In this document: in pieces, positions 43,251 to 54,860 of the stretch
How positions within the stretch are numbered: the stretch's first letter is position 1
Layout of the letters: each line of letters opens with the position of its first letter
From: Neophaeotheca triangularis
Taxonomy: Eukaryota
Length of the DNA stretch: 64,000 nucleotides
Assembly: GCA_054600435.1 (NCBI GenBank)
Contig: BAAIJX010000025.1
Location: 186,001 to 250,000, forward strand
Direction: 5' to 3'
Translations under genes and position numbers: made by a program
The notes under the pieces: generated by a model
Databases searched by the model: none
What the model saw: the letters and a program-made list of their open reading frames with translations, nothing else
Told to the model about the DNA's origin: nothing

Positions 43251-44291
43251 ATGTCAAGCCGAGCCATCAAAAAGCCGCCGAAACCCAAGCCCTCGTTCAA
43301 AAGCAGCGGCAAAGAAGACATCCCCCTCCCTTTCCAAAAAGCGCCTCGGACACTCGCAGCCTTCCTCGACCGCCTCGACCCTTCCAAAGTCTACATAACC
43401 CACATCGACCGCTTCCCAATCGAAGCCAAGAAACAAGTCTACGCCGTCCCCGTCATCCTCAACACCGCCATCGCTCTCCTCCTAGCATGGCGCCTCTACG
43501 CCGCTCTCCCCCTCTACTGGACCCTCCTGGAAACGGTGCTGGGGTACTCAACAGCCGCGCGCATGGACACGGCGGACGCGTCGCGCAGCGAGCAGCTCAA
43601 CGTCCTGTTCCGGCGGTTCGCCATGTTCGCGATTGATTTCGTGCTCGTCCGCTTCGTCGGGCCGTGGCCGCTCACTTTCTTCCTCGAGCAGCCCGCCAAC
43701 CCGGTGTTGTGGAGGTGGAAACTGGGGTTCCGGGGCCGCGAGGTGGTGGCCAGAGTGAGTCGGGGTTGGGGCACGGAGGAGCTGATGCAGGGGGTTAAGA
43801 GGGGGGAGGAGAATGCTTTTTTCAAGACGCGCGTTTTGCCTGCGATTGAGAAGGGGTTTATGCAGAAGACGGGGTATTTGATGATGGATAAGAGTTGGGA
43901 TTTGGATTTTGAGCTGATGTTGGATGCGCATACGTTGGCGGAGAGGCAGGCGGTCAGGTTTGAGGATGTGGATGGGGTGGTTTTGGCGCATGTGGAGGGG
44001 ACTGGGTGGGCTGTGTGGCAGTGGGAGGGTCCGAGTGATGCTGTGGAGACTCGGAGGAGGAAGATTGTGGATTTCAAGGAGGCGTTGACGGCGGCTGGGA
44101 AGGAGAGCTTGTTTTGGAAGTGGACTGAGATTGTCGAGGAGGAGAGGCAGGCTGATGGTGGTTTTAGCCCGGAACAACAGGAGAAGGTGGTTGAGAGGGT
44201 GCAGGCGGAGTTTGAGAGGGAGGGTGTTGACTTCAATAAGATTGCTGAGAGTATAGGTGGGTTGGAGGACATGCCGGCGAAGAAGGAGTGA
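43251..44291 (+). CDS. Conserved fungal hypothetical membrane protein (about 2 TM segments)
   Basis: 346-aa ORF with CAAA-ATG and strong codon bias. VYITHIDRFP, a TM segment, GYLMMDKSWDLDF and GKESLFWKW. Confidence 0.7.
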   Translation: MSSRAIKKPPKPKPSFKSSGKEDIPLPFQKAPRTLAAFLDRLDPSKVYITHIDRFPIEAKKQVYAVPVILNTAIALLLAWRLYAALPLYWTLLETVLGYSTAARMDTADASRSEQLNVLFRRFAMFAIDFVLVRFVGPWPLTFFLEQPANPVLWRWKLGFRGREVVARVSRGWGTEELMQGVKRGEENAFFKTRVLPAIEKGFMQKTGYLMMDKSWDLDFELMLDAHTLAERQAVRFEDVDGVVLAHVEGTGWAVWQWEGPSDAVETRRRKIVDFKEALTAAGKESLFWKWTEIVEEERQADGGFSPEQQEKVVERVQAEFEREGVDFNKIAESIGGLEDMPAKKE

Positions 44292-45217
44292 GAGGATGCT
44301 TGCCCTTGTCGCATCACTCGGTGCCCTCGGTTCCCTAAGCCAGCAGAGGCTACAACTCTCCGTGTACCGGTGCAACCCTCTAGGCCTGGCACAACCCTTT
44401 AGCCTCGACGACGTGCGAACAGCACTTGAAGCTCTGTTCTTCGGCGCCGCGGCCTTGCGCGTACCTATCGTCAGTACGCACAAGTAGCCGATTCACAACG
44501 AGCTGGTGCTTTTTGGTAGTCGATAGTACATTATTCCCATAAGGCGGAAGGACCACCCGAAGAAAGCAACCACCCGTCAGTCGCGAGTACGCCATTCTCC
44601 ACAACCGCTCAACCACGAAGCGCTGGTTTAGCTCGGTAAAGCAACTCAGTATCACTATCTCGTCACTAGATCCCGAACGTGACCAGGATTATGGTCTCTT
44701 CAAAAGATAGACCGATACTGCTATGAATTCCTCAGACTTAACAAGTACAATTGGCGTTTACTCTCATAGTTTGACACGACCGCCACGCACGATATCTACT
44801 ACCACTCACCCAGACTATTCTGCCCCTTCGAGCCCCTGAGCCTCCCATATCATCACCTTTATGCTCCGTAGAGCGGCAGCAACAGAGTCCGAGTCTATAC
44901 CGCTTCTGCGTGTTGCTTCCCCGGCTCAGAAACCCCAGCCTTTCTCTCACTTATGACCGCATCCCTCTCGCCACAAAAGATGTCTCAGCTTGCTATCTTT
45001 TGATTCCCGCTTGCATCCTGGCATACGTCTCCAATCTCAAAAGTCGAGGATGAAAGGCCGTTCTTTTTCAAAAGCATGGCAGGACGCTCGAACCTGCCAT
45101 TAAAACACTGTGATGTGTTGAAAGTGGGATGAGAAGGAATTTGACGGGTCCTCGGAAGGGCAGCAGGCGATCTCAGCAACGACTGATCTTGCACGTCTTT
45201 ACTGCTAATTCGGCTCA

Positions 45218-46713
45218 TCAAGTGCAGAGATTGCGCAATCGTGGGAACCCACCAGCGTCGATCGAAGCGAGGAGGATGTCGTTCGGGACAGTGCTGTCTG
45301 TGTGACTGGGAAGACACCAGTGGAGAGAAGACAAAGATGACGAAGTCAGCATGGGCATGGATACCGCTTTGGCGCTATCGATGCCGGGCGGCAATCCGAG
45401 GCCATCGTGGCTCCGCCGCAGCGTGAAAGCTTCCAGCTCGCTAAAGTGCGCAAGCACCTTCTGAATGGTACGCAATCTGCCGACGTTCGGGAGGTCCAAC
45501 AGACTCAAGCTTCCTAGAGTCCACGTGAGATGCGTGTGGCATAGTTGCTGGAGGCCTTCGTCCGTGACGCCGGACATTCGCTCCAGGGTCAGGGAGTGCA
45601 GGGCCGGCAGCGTGAGGAGGGTTCCGTTGTGGAAGTCGTCGCCGGTGAAGCCGCGCAGGACGAGGTTCTTCAGCGCCGGAAGTCTATGCAGCACTGCTGC
45701 CACGGCGCCTTGGCCGAATCCCTTGTCGAGCCCGCCGTCACAGTCGAGTGCGAGAGTGTGCAGCTGGCGCCAGTGGGCGTGGCACTCGATGATCTCGCTT
45801 CGTGCGAGCGTAGCTCCGCAGTCTAGCACTTGCGAGAGCGGCCATTCATGTTCTTTCAGGTGAGATCGCGTCGCCAGGGCATGATAGTATTTGGCAGGCA
45901 CTTGCCTTTTGGACAAGTCAAGCCCACTCGTTCGTTCGAGGCCAGGGCAAGTCAGGATGATGTCGATGAGAGTGTCCAGGTCCACGCCAGGCTGCCGAAG
46001 CTGGTCGGAGAGCTCTGGAGGGGCGCGTAAGTCCCGGACGAAGGCAGCCAGGCCCGGAGCCGTTTGCAGCGTTCTCAGCAAGTTACGGAGCCGGCTTTCG
46101 TGGCGCAAGAAACCGAATTTGCGCTTCCTGGGCTCCTCGTCTGGTAGCAAGAGGGTTTTGTAGAGATGTTCTCGTGCTACCCTGTTCCAGGATTTGCTCG
46201 TCAAGCTCAGCGAGCACAGGTCTTTTTGCAGCCTCGACGCATGAACCCCGAGCTCGGTAAAGTGTACATTTTCCAGATGATCGACAACGCAATGCAAGAT
46301 CTCCCTCGGTAACTGAGGGAATGTCCTTCTCGGCTCCTTCCCCAGCGCGCTGGGCCTGACGCTACGTTCACCAGAGGCCTTGCCCCTCTCAAGCTCCCAG
46401 GGAGTCTTCACCAACGTTGGCCGGTCCAAAAAGACGTGACTGCCAGGTTTACTTTCGTAGACGGTGATGGGCCAAGTATTGCGATGCGGGTTCCGGCGCG
46501 GTATCGCTGGTGGAAGATCGCTCCCGTCGGGAGTGACTCGAAAAGTCGTCAAGTACGGCGGCTGCTTCAGTGGTCTAGACGCGCACCCCTTAGTACATGC
46601 AATCGAAGCTCTCTTCCCTGCCAGGGCCAATCGCACCTCTGTGGCATCGCCTCATCCTCGTATACAGTCTCGAGCTCGGGAGTCGTCGCCCTTCGCGTTG
46701 TCACGCTCCTCAT
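45218..46713 (-). CDS. F-box-like / leucine-rich-repeat (RNI-like) protein; exons 46713-46637, 46574-45218
   Basis: A 62-nt intron (GTGCGA..CTAAG..TAG) joins MRSVTTRRATTPELETVYEDE to PLKQPP. FPQLPREILHCVVDHL..LCSLSLTSKSWNRVAREHLY, then LPALxxLxL repeats. Confidence 0.7.
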
Positions 46714-48010
46714 TTTGCAAGCCCGGCCTTGTCGTGTAATAAGTCTGCGCTCAAGTGTTGTTGCACAAGAAGAGAGAAAAGAAAGAGAGCGAGAGAGATG
46801 GATAGAGAGATATGTAAAGCAATGCAGACACACGACACGATACCCACAAACAGCAGCCAGCAGAGTTCAGAGAAACCGTTGCCAATAGCTGCAGGATCAC
46901 GAACATGACCAACCTTCTTGTTATGATGCTCTTAGCTCCGAACCTGCACAAGCTGACCAGCTGATGCGAAGGGCGGGCAAGAGTCAAGGTACAAGTAGAG
47001 GCGGGATACCTTGGGTAAAGCACGTAAAGCAACGAGACCCAAGGTGGCCCAACTGCCCAGGATAACCCAGAGCGACCCATGTCGTCACGTACCATAGAAG
47101 ATGGCCGTAGACAGGGAATGGCTTGCACGCCCGTTCGATGATATTATTATTGGAACTGTCAACCAGCAGCGCCAAGATTACAAAAGTCCCAAGCCTTCCA
47201 ACGTGATGATGTCCCTCGCAGCCTGCCCTGCCCGTTCATGCTAACTACAGTACGTATCAAGTTGGTCGGTAGTACTGAACCACGACCTGCACGGAAAGGG
47301 AAGCTTCCGTCGCCCAAAGCGAGCATGTCACCAAAAGACGAGAGCTGAAGAGGGAAAAGTCCCACGGCTGCGTAGGCGAAGTAGTTATGTACTTCCTATG
47401 CAGTGCTGGCATGTTGCAGCGCCGAGGCTGCCGTATATGCACGCCACGCCACGCCATGGCACGCCACCTACGCTTTTCTGATAAGAGTATTGAGGGGAAG
47501 CGGGCAATAATAATAATGGCATCCATGGATAACTATCTGGCTTGCAAGCCTTGGGAGTCTTGGAGATTTGCGATCGATATTGGGGTTTTAATATCAGAGG
47601 TACACATGTATATGCGCGCTGAAGACGACGACTACTATTGTCTTGTTCTTTATTTGGGAGATAGCAACAACTGTTCTGTCAGCTGTAATGTAGCCAGCGG
47701 CTGCCAGACAGAATCATAGCTCAACAAGGTAGGTAGGCTTGGGCGGCGATCATTGTGGAACAAGATCATTTATCACTACAATCTGCCTACGTTCAAAGTT
47801 TAAATTGTGACTGAAATCATTGTCATGGGACAACAAATGTATTTACTGGCCTTTGACCGTCTATGCTACGTTCTATCATCTATCCAAGGACCGTGACTCG
47901 TAATGTAATCTCGATTATCTGGTGCCGTGGCGCCAGTGATACCTAATGCTATGCAACTCCAATAAAACGCCATGCGGAACACGTCAACCGATCGCCAAAA
48001 CGACCGCCTT

Positions 48011-49528
48011 TTACTCGACAGCCACAGCGCCGGCGCTGTCCTGACCCATCTGCAGAGGGTTGACGTTGGAGTCCTTCCACTCGAACTGGAAGTCATCGCC
48101 CAACTGCTTGCGCATGGCAGTCTGCACAGCCTCCAACACGTTCTTGAAGACACCGAAGCTGGCGGGGTTGTTTTCGTCGTTGTCACCACCCTGGAAGACA
48201 CCCGTCCTGACCAAGCAAGTGTTCCATGAGTACATGTTGCCACCAATGATGTCGGATGCGGGGTTGTCGCCGACCATGTAGACGTTCTTGGGGAGTTTCT
48301 CCTCGCCGTGGATAATGTCCATCCAGGCAGTGATGATCTCGTCGGCGTACTTGTAGGTGGCCATTTCGGGCTTGCCGTAGACGACACGCTCGAGGTCCTC
48401 ACCAGTCATAGCCTTGTACATGGCCTCGAGGCCAATACGGAAGGTGCCTTGCGACATGCGAGGGGTCCAGTGCTCCGTCGGGCACAAAAGGTCGCCTTGC
48501 GAGAAGTAGATGGGGATGCGCTGCGAGACTGGGTCCTTGGCCATGGTGCCGAGTTTGCCGTCCTCGGAGCGAAGCAGGTCCATGATGATCTGCAAGTCGG
48601 TGGCGTAATCGCGAGAGTCGGAGAAGACCATGATGGCCTCAATGTTGGTCTTGGAGAAGTCACGAGGCTTGGCGTTCGCACGCTGCTCCTCGGTGAACTT
48701 GCGGTAGGGGGCGATAGTGGGGTCCCAGGCGACAATGTCGTCGGGAACGACAATGTCCTCAAAACCGTATTGCTCAGCGACCTCACGGCACTTGAAGCCC
48801 TCACCGCCAACGACGAGGACAGTCTTGTAGTATTCGGCAAGAGCTCGCATGGGGGTGTGAGACTGGATAAACTGCTCAATGTTCACTGGCTGGTGCAAGA
48901 TCTTGGATAGCTGCTCAACGCGTGCTTGCTCGGGCTTGCCGGAACCGTTGGTGAGGAAGATGTGGGGAATCTTGATGCCGAGCTCGTTGTCGCCGTTGAG
49001 GATTTCCAGAGCGCGCTGACCCTCGGGGATCAGTCTGTCACCGTGCACGAGCACACCGTCGATGTCGAAAACGAAGGCCATGTCTTTGGCAGCCTTGACT
49101 TTCTCGGTGGACATGTCTTGCACCTGCGAGGCCAGGATCTCACGGGTGGGTTGGATCGGGGGCATGCCGGGCCTCTGAGCCTTGCCATCTCCAGAGTATG
49201 CAATAGACGACAGGCGCGATTGCCTCTTGGACTTGGGGATGGGCAGGGATGCACCGAAAGAGTTGCGAGAGCCACGGCGGTCCTTCATCGAAGGAGAGAG
49301 CGAAAGGTTGTGCATGAAGCCCGACGCATCGGCAATGCTTGATCTGGAGGCAGGGACCTCGACGTTGTTGGACTCGGAAAGGCTCATGCCCACGCCCTCG
49401 TTGGGCACGGGCAGAGACCTGCCAAAGCTGCCGGCACCGTTGCTGCCATTGCTCTGGGTCTTGGAGAGCTCCCTAGACCTCGTGGGGTGGGCTGCGACGC
49501 CAAAGTCGGAATCTTCGAAAGCAGGCAT
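48011..49528 (-). CDS. cutA: HAD-superfamily subfamily IIA phosphatase, cut-1/cutA-like
   Basis: FVFDIDGVL (motif I), IFLTNGSG (motif II), YGKPE (motif III) and YMVGDNPASDIIG (motif IV). Ser-rich N-terminal extension. Divergent from gldB. Confidence 0.8.
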   Translation of the reverse strand: MPAFEDSDFGVAAHPTRSRELSKTQSNGSNGAGSFGRSLPVPNEGVGMSLSESNNVEVPASRSSIADASGFMHNLSLSPSMKDRRGSRNSFGASLPIPKSKRQSRLSSIAYSGDGKAQRPGMPPIQPTREILASQVQDMSTEKVKAAKDMAFVFDIDGVLVHGDRLIPEGQRALEILNGDNELGIKIPHIFLTNGSGKPEQARVEQLSKILHQPVNIEQFIQSHTPMRALAEYYKTVLVVGGEGFKCREVAEQYGFEDIVVPDDIVAWDPTIAPYRKFTEEQRANAKPRDFSKTNIEAIMVFSDSRDYATDLQIIMDLLRSEDGKLGTMAKDPVSQRIPIYFSQGDLLCPTEHWTPRMSQGTFRIGLEAMYKAMTGEDLERVVYGKPEMATYKYADEIITAWMDIIHGEEKLPKNVYMVGDNPASDIIGGNMYSWNTCLVRTGVFQGGDNDENNPASFGVFKNVLEAVQTAMRKQLGDDFQFEWKDSNVNPLQMGQDSAGAVAVE

Positions 49529-51053
49529 GTTTGCGGAAAGAGTGATGCTTCTTTACTTAGTGATATTGTTAAGTGGATGTCGTTCTCGATGGAGAAATGG
49601 TTCGAGTATGCTATCCGGAGGAGGAAAGGAGAGTATGATGGTGGAAGAAGGAAGAAACTAGTCCTGCTAAGCACTGGAGAAGTATGAGAGCAGTGTGACG
49701 TTGGAGGGGAGAGACTCGGGAGGAGCTGTGGTGCAGGTGGGTGAGGTAGTAGTAGTATGACGAAGTGTCCACAGTGGAGGTAGAGGGAAAGGGCCGCCGT
49801 ATATAATCGGCAAGAGGGCCCACGCGGCGCCTTGTGAGTCGTGATCTGGCCTGGCCGGCTTCCAGGTTTGATTTGGTGAGGGCCGAATGACAGAGCCTTT
49901 ACAAACCTTGGGTACTTGCGGTGTAGGCCCAGCAATATTAGGCCCAGCAAGAATGGTTAGCCTGGCATTGGATGCTTAACTTAGGTGGTAGCAAGGTTAG
50001 GTACATCGTACTTGCAGCACACACCTCACCCGACGTCTGCTGGGTACTGTACGTATCCACCAATGCCATCATATGTTGTCGCGGCGATACCGTGGTACAG
50101 CCGGTGGCAGGCGAGTATATCGGACAGACATCGGAGATGCTGCTGCGACACGAAGCAGCGGCCCGATTGGAGAAGGCTCGACGATCAACAAGAAAAAAAG
50201 ACTCGAGAGAGTCCAGACACTCACTAGGTACTGTAGCTGTAACTGTACCTTCGAATAGAAGACGGAGGACGGGAGGCGTTGTTTGGTCGAGGTAGGAGGT
50301 AGAAGAACAGTCGACTATTCGCCGTCAGACTGCGGCTTTGCAAACTTTGACCTGCCCGGTAGGAGGTACCTCACCTAGGTATAGGTAGTCTGCTTGGCTT
50401 TGCTATTCGCTCGCCCCCCTCACTTTACCTCTGCCAGTGACATTACTCGGTTACGATCTCAGGTCCCCCAGTCCCCTGCCATTTCTGCCATGTTTACAGC
50501 GTGCTCCATCTTCTTAGCTCGACGGATTAGCCACTGATAGGAAGAACTTGAAGTCGTAGAACACGGCTGCAGGTGGGCTTAGCGGCGGGCAGCGCGGACG
50601 CTACCCTCTGATTTTAGCTCTACAAGTGACGCAAATTTTGACGACTTTTTTTTCTTCTCGAAGCTCCCGTCAGCTCACGAGTCCCACAAAAGGCACCACC
50701 GAATTTGACGCGATCGCGCTCAACGCCGGGAGGGGTTCGTCCTTCGTCATTGCGGGCAGGTCTGAGGTGCCCAGGTGGGGGGGAGAGGGGGGGAGAGAGA
50801 CCTGTGATGGGGTGTTGGTGTGACGTCGGCGTGTCAACACGAGAACTGACGGGAATGGCGATTGCCATCGGGAAGGACCATTGGGAGAAAAAGTGAAATC
50901 ATAGGTAGCAAGAGGCTCGCGTATGCCTTAACAAAACAATCACCCTCTGTTGCTCGTGCGCATTCTTTCCCCTCTGCAATTCCAAAATCACATCTTGATA
51001 CCCATTTGCTTCTTCACCAAACCACAAGTAATCTCCGTCAAACCACCATCAAC
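49529..51053. promoter_or_regulatory. Shared divergent promoter of cutA and gldB with CRE-like and STRE-like motifs
   Basis: TGACGTC at 50821 and TGACGCA at 50627. AGGGG/CCCCT at 50416, 50473, 50731 and 50786. TATA-like TATATAA at 49800. Confidence 0.5.
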
Positions 51054-52016
51054 ATGTCTTCCGGAAAGACCTTCAAGCTCAACAATGGCGTTAACATGCC
51101 CGCCGTTGGTTTCGGCACCTTCGCCAACGAGGGCTCCAAGGGCCAGACCTACGAGGCCGTCACACACGCCCTGAAGACGGGCTACCGCCACCTCGACTGC
51201 GCTTGGTTCTACCAAAACGAGAACGAGGTCGGCGACGCGGTCCGCGACTTCTGCAAGGAAAACTCAAACGTCAGCCGCAAGGACATTTTCATCTGCACCA
51301 AGGTGTGGAACCATCTGCACGAGCCCGACGAGGTTCAGTGGTCGCTCCAAAGCTCGCTCGACAGGCTGCAGACCGACTACATTGACCTGTTCCTCGTCCA
51401 CTGGCCCATCGCCGCCGAGAAGAACGACGACATGATGCCCAAGCTGAACGACAAGGGCCAGTACGTCATCAAGGAGGAGCTCACCAAGAACCCGCAACCG
51501 ACGTGGAGGGCCATGGAGGAGCTGTACGAGAGCGGCAAGGTCAAGGCCATTGGCGTCTCCAACTGGACCGTCAAGGACCTCAAGGACATGCTCTCCTTCT
51601 GCAAGGTCAAGCCGCAAGTCAACCAGATCGAAATCCACCCCTTCCTGCCCAACGACGAGCTCGTCAACTTCTGCTTCCAGAACGACATTATGCCGTCGGC
51701 ATACTCACCGCTCGGCTCGCAGAACCAAGTCCCCACGACCGGCGAGAAGGTCAACACCAACCCCACGCTCAACAGCATCGCCGAGAAGGGCGGCAACACT
51801 CTCGCACAAGTCCTGATCGCCTGGGGTTTGAGGAGAGGCTACGTCGTCCTCCCAAAGAGCTCCACGCCTCACAGGATAGACAGCAACTTCAAGACCATCG
51901 ACCTGACCGATGAGGATTTCCAGGCCGTCAACAAGGTTGCCGAGGGCAGGCACACTCGCTTCGTCAACATGAAGGACACTTTCGGTTACGATGTCTGGCC
52001 TGAGGAGAGCTCGTAA
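51054..52016 (+). CDS. gldB: NADP-dependent glycerol dehydrogenase (aldo-keto reductase)
   Basis: MSSGKTFKLNNGVNMPAVGFGTFANEGSKG, GYRHLDCAWFY, CTKVWN, LFLVHWP, AYSPLGSQNQ and VLPKS. Very high GC3. Confidence 0.88.
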   Translation: MSSGKTFKLNNGVNMPAVGFGTFANEGSKGQTYEAVTHALKTGYRHLDCAWFYQNENEVGDAVRDFCKENSNVSRKDIFICTKVWNHLHEPDEVQWSLQSSLDRLQTDYIDLFLVHWPIAAEKNDDMMPKLNDKGQYVIKEELTKNPQPTWRAMEELYESGKVKAIGVSNWTVKDLKDMLSFCKVKPQVNQIEIHPFLPNDELVNFCFQNDIMPSAYSPLGSQNQVPTTGEKVNTNPTLNSIAEKGGNTLAQVLIAWGLRRGYVVLPKSSTPHRIDSNFKTIDLTDEDFQAVNKVAEGRHTRFVNMKDTFGYDVWPEESS

Positions 52017-52467
52017 GGATGAGAAAGGAAGAAAGTGAATGGTATAATGACTTGTGAGCTGTTGGCCATGAGGCGTCTTGTAAATAGCGAGATTCTTCTA
52101 TAGTGCACACGATTGATGATGATATTCCAACCCAAAGTTGGAAAGCTCCATACTTCTTCCATTGCCAGGTCTGAACACAATATGCTCTGCTCTTGCGCTA
52201 CCGTTGCTCTACGCCTCTTCCCAAATCCAAGTACTCAGCTTACGCCGCACGACGTTGCCGTAGAGGTGAGCGTACCACATCGAGAGCGCTGACTGGCAGA
52301 TGAACAGCCGAAGCTGTTGCAAGGGCTACCGCTGCAACACTTTAACAAAACGCGCTGCGACCTTTCTTGTGATAGCCACAACAGTGGAAAGGGCGTGTGA
52401 TTTGTTCTTTTGGCGCTCTGGTCGCGATGTTATCCGAGCATGTCCGAGCGAGGTGCAATCACGTAGC

Positions 52468-53856
52468 TCAGACACTCATTGGTGGACACAACAGGCTAGG
52501 CTCGCGTAGCAGGTCAGTCTTCTCCATCGCCTCTGGAGTGGCTAGAGTCAAGCCCTCTCCCAACCGTTGCAGGTCGGCGTCGGCGTCGACTGCGAGTTGA
52601 GTGCTATTGGACTGTAACGTATCGTAGAGCGAGCCGTATGCTTTGGGATCTCCTTTGCCCTTTAGAAGATGGAGCGCCCAGATTGCCATGTAGTATTTCG
52701 AGTAGGCCGCCTGGATGTTCTTCTCGGCGTGCCTGTCCTTTACGTTTGCATCTTTTGACCAGAACGATTCCGCGAACTCCAGGAACGGAGCTGTCTCGGG
52801 CCTGGTAGGATGAAACAGCTTCAGCCCGACTGTCCCATACTGCGCCCACGGTTGCTTCTCCTCCCGCCCTTCAACCCACGTATGCATAAACCTGTCGTAA
52901 CGCGCTGGGTCCGTTCGAGCATACACGTCGTGGAATCGAGTCAGTTGGGCTTTCAGCACCATCCTTGCCAGTCCCAAATGATCAGTCTGAGTGTTTCGAC
53001 CATCAACATTGACGCCGGATGGGGCAGCCTTTAGAAGCTCCCTAGCCTTGAAGTAGATGTCCAATGCTGTATCGGCGGACCTCTTAGATCGCTGGGCCGG
53101 ATCATCCAGGCCCGCAAAGACGAGGTAGCGCACGAGGTAGGATTTCCAGCGGAGCCCAAAGTTGTGTGCATCTGCCCATCCATCAGGGCGAAAATCTATG
53201 TCATTCGATATAGCATCGTTTGTTTTCAACCACTCCCAAACCCATTTCTCAGCCCCTTCTCGGTATAACAGCTGGACCAGGCATGCTATGAACAACCTGT
53301 TGCATACAAACTCGACTGAATGATGCCACTTGCTGTTCCATAGCCAGTTGAGGGTTCGCAAACCAGCCTTGCGATCGCGGATTAGCTCCTGCTGAGCTTC
53401 AAGGTTTAGACTTCGCAGCTTCTCAAAGTAAACCTTGAGACAAGCCTCTGCTACTTCGACGGTGGCAAGTCCTCTACGTTCATAGTCCTCCAGCAGCTCA
53501 ATGGGGTCTTCGTTTGGTCTGCTGTACAGTTTACGCAAAACAGCTGAGGGCGCTGGGGCACGTCTGCTCGATTGTCTGGCCAAGAGCGGGCTTGTGAGAA
53601 CAGAAGCCAAATGCTTATCAGCATACGCCGCGGACGAGTGCAGACTCTGGATGCTGCTTTGAGAAGGTGATTCCGAGGTTTCCTTCTTTGGTCTCGTGTT
53701 TGCCTGGGCCGGTGTAGGGTGGACTTGGTCCAGATGCCTTCTGAAGGAACTTGTGAGTGCCGTGAGCAATCGCTGGGATTCGATCCTTGTCAATGGAAGC
53801 TGGGGATGAATCTTGGACACCCATGACTTGAACGAGTTTGCCGTCGATCCCTTCAT
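52468..53856 (-). CDS. Conserved fungal hypothetical protein, probably mitochondrial
   Basis: Start at the first ATG (MKGSTANSFKSWVSKIHPQLPLTRIESQRLLTALTSSFRRHLD), with HLASVLTSPLL. Basic N-terminus and helical body. Confidence 0.65.
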   Translation of the reverse strand: MKGSTANSFKSWVSKIHPQLPLTRIESQRLLTALTSSFRRHLDQVHPTPAQANTRPKKETSESPSQSSIQSLHSSAAYADKHLASVLTSPLLARQSSRRAPAPSAVLRKLYSRPNEDPIELLEDYERRGLATVEVAEACLKVYFEKLRSLNLEAQQELIRDRKAGLRTLNWLWNSKWHHSVEFVCNRLFIACLVQLLYREGAEKWVWEWLKTNDAISNDIDFRPDGWADAHNFGLRWKSYLVRYLVFAGLDDPAQRSKRSADTALDIYFKARELLKAAPSGVNVDGRNTQTDHLGLARMVLKAQLTRFHDVYARTDPARYDRFMHTWVEGREEKQPWAQYGTVGLKLFHPTRPETAPFLEFAESFWSKDANVKDRHAEKNIQAAYSKYYMAIWALHLLKGKGDPKAYGSLYDTLQSNSTQLAVDADADLQRLGEGLTLATPEAMEKTDLLREPSLLCPPMSV

Positions 53857-54860
53857 TCTAGCCTGAGAGTGGCGAGGGAACACCGCGGGAGGGGAAAGTC
53901 GAAGGCATGCTACCGAGTAGTCCTCTTCCAAGTCCGATGTGGTCGCTGATGTGGTTCATTACAGCGTCGAGCTGGTTCGCAAGAGCCCGCTCAAGGGACT
54001 GTGATAGTGAGTAGTGAAGGGATGCCTTGTGAGAAGGCGGCGGAAGGCGTCCTTGCCGTAGGCTGCAAAAGGACGAATATCGTGATCAATTCGAAACGCG
54101 GTGTAAAGACGCTGTATGTACCTGACTTAGTCTCGAAGCTTTGATAATCACGTGCAACTTGACTCGCGTCAGTCTCTTTGGGTTGCGAGTACACCTACCT
54201 ACCTCAGTACCCGACACTTGGCCGTCTACGCAAATGCAGCGGCGTCAGATACGTGTCACCAGAGCTGAATATGCTTCTCATCAGTTAGCAACATAACCGT
54301 TAATCTGTTTTGGTTTACTAAGCTTCCAAGTTTGATACCTAAGTAATAGAAACCGGGACTGTTACAAACATCACGTGAAGACAGCCCTGAGCTTTAACCG
54401 CCAAGGCGACGCTAACGCCAGCGCGACCTTGCTGCTACGTCGTTCTGCGATTTGTGAAGGCCGGCAACCTGAACCTCTCTCTTCGTGCTTGAAGCTCCAT
54501 CTCTCTCCCACTTCACCACCTTCAATCTCAAGCCTACCTATCCAATTCAATCCGCCGAGTAATTCCTCGCACTACTGCGATTGCTCCTAGTCCTGGGCTG
54601 TCAATCGCGTGTTTCACTCGGAGCTCCTCGCTCTCTGCTCGGTTGTTTGCTGGTGCCACAAGGTGCACTTCACTGAACAATTGCTTCTCCTCCCAACCCA
54701 AGGTAGCCCTTCCACTGCCGCCCGACTCTCGCATCTGGAGCGTCCTCTACCCATCACCTGACGCTTCTGCTGCTTCTTCACTGCCCGACTGGAACTCGCT
54801 GTCCGGTCGCATTCATCCACTCCGACCCGCGCATCACCTTGCACACCCCACATATCCACA

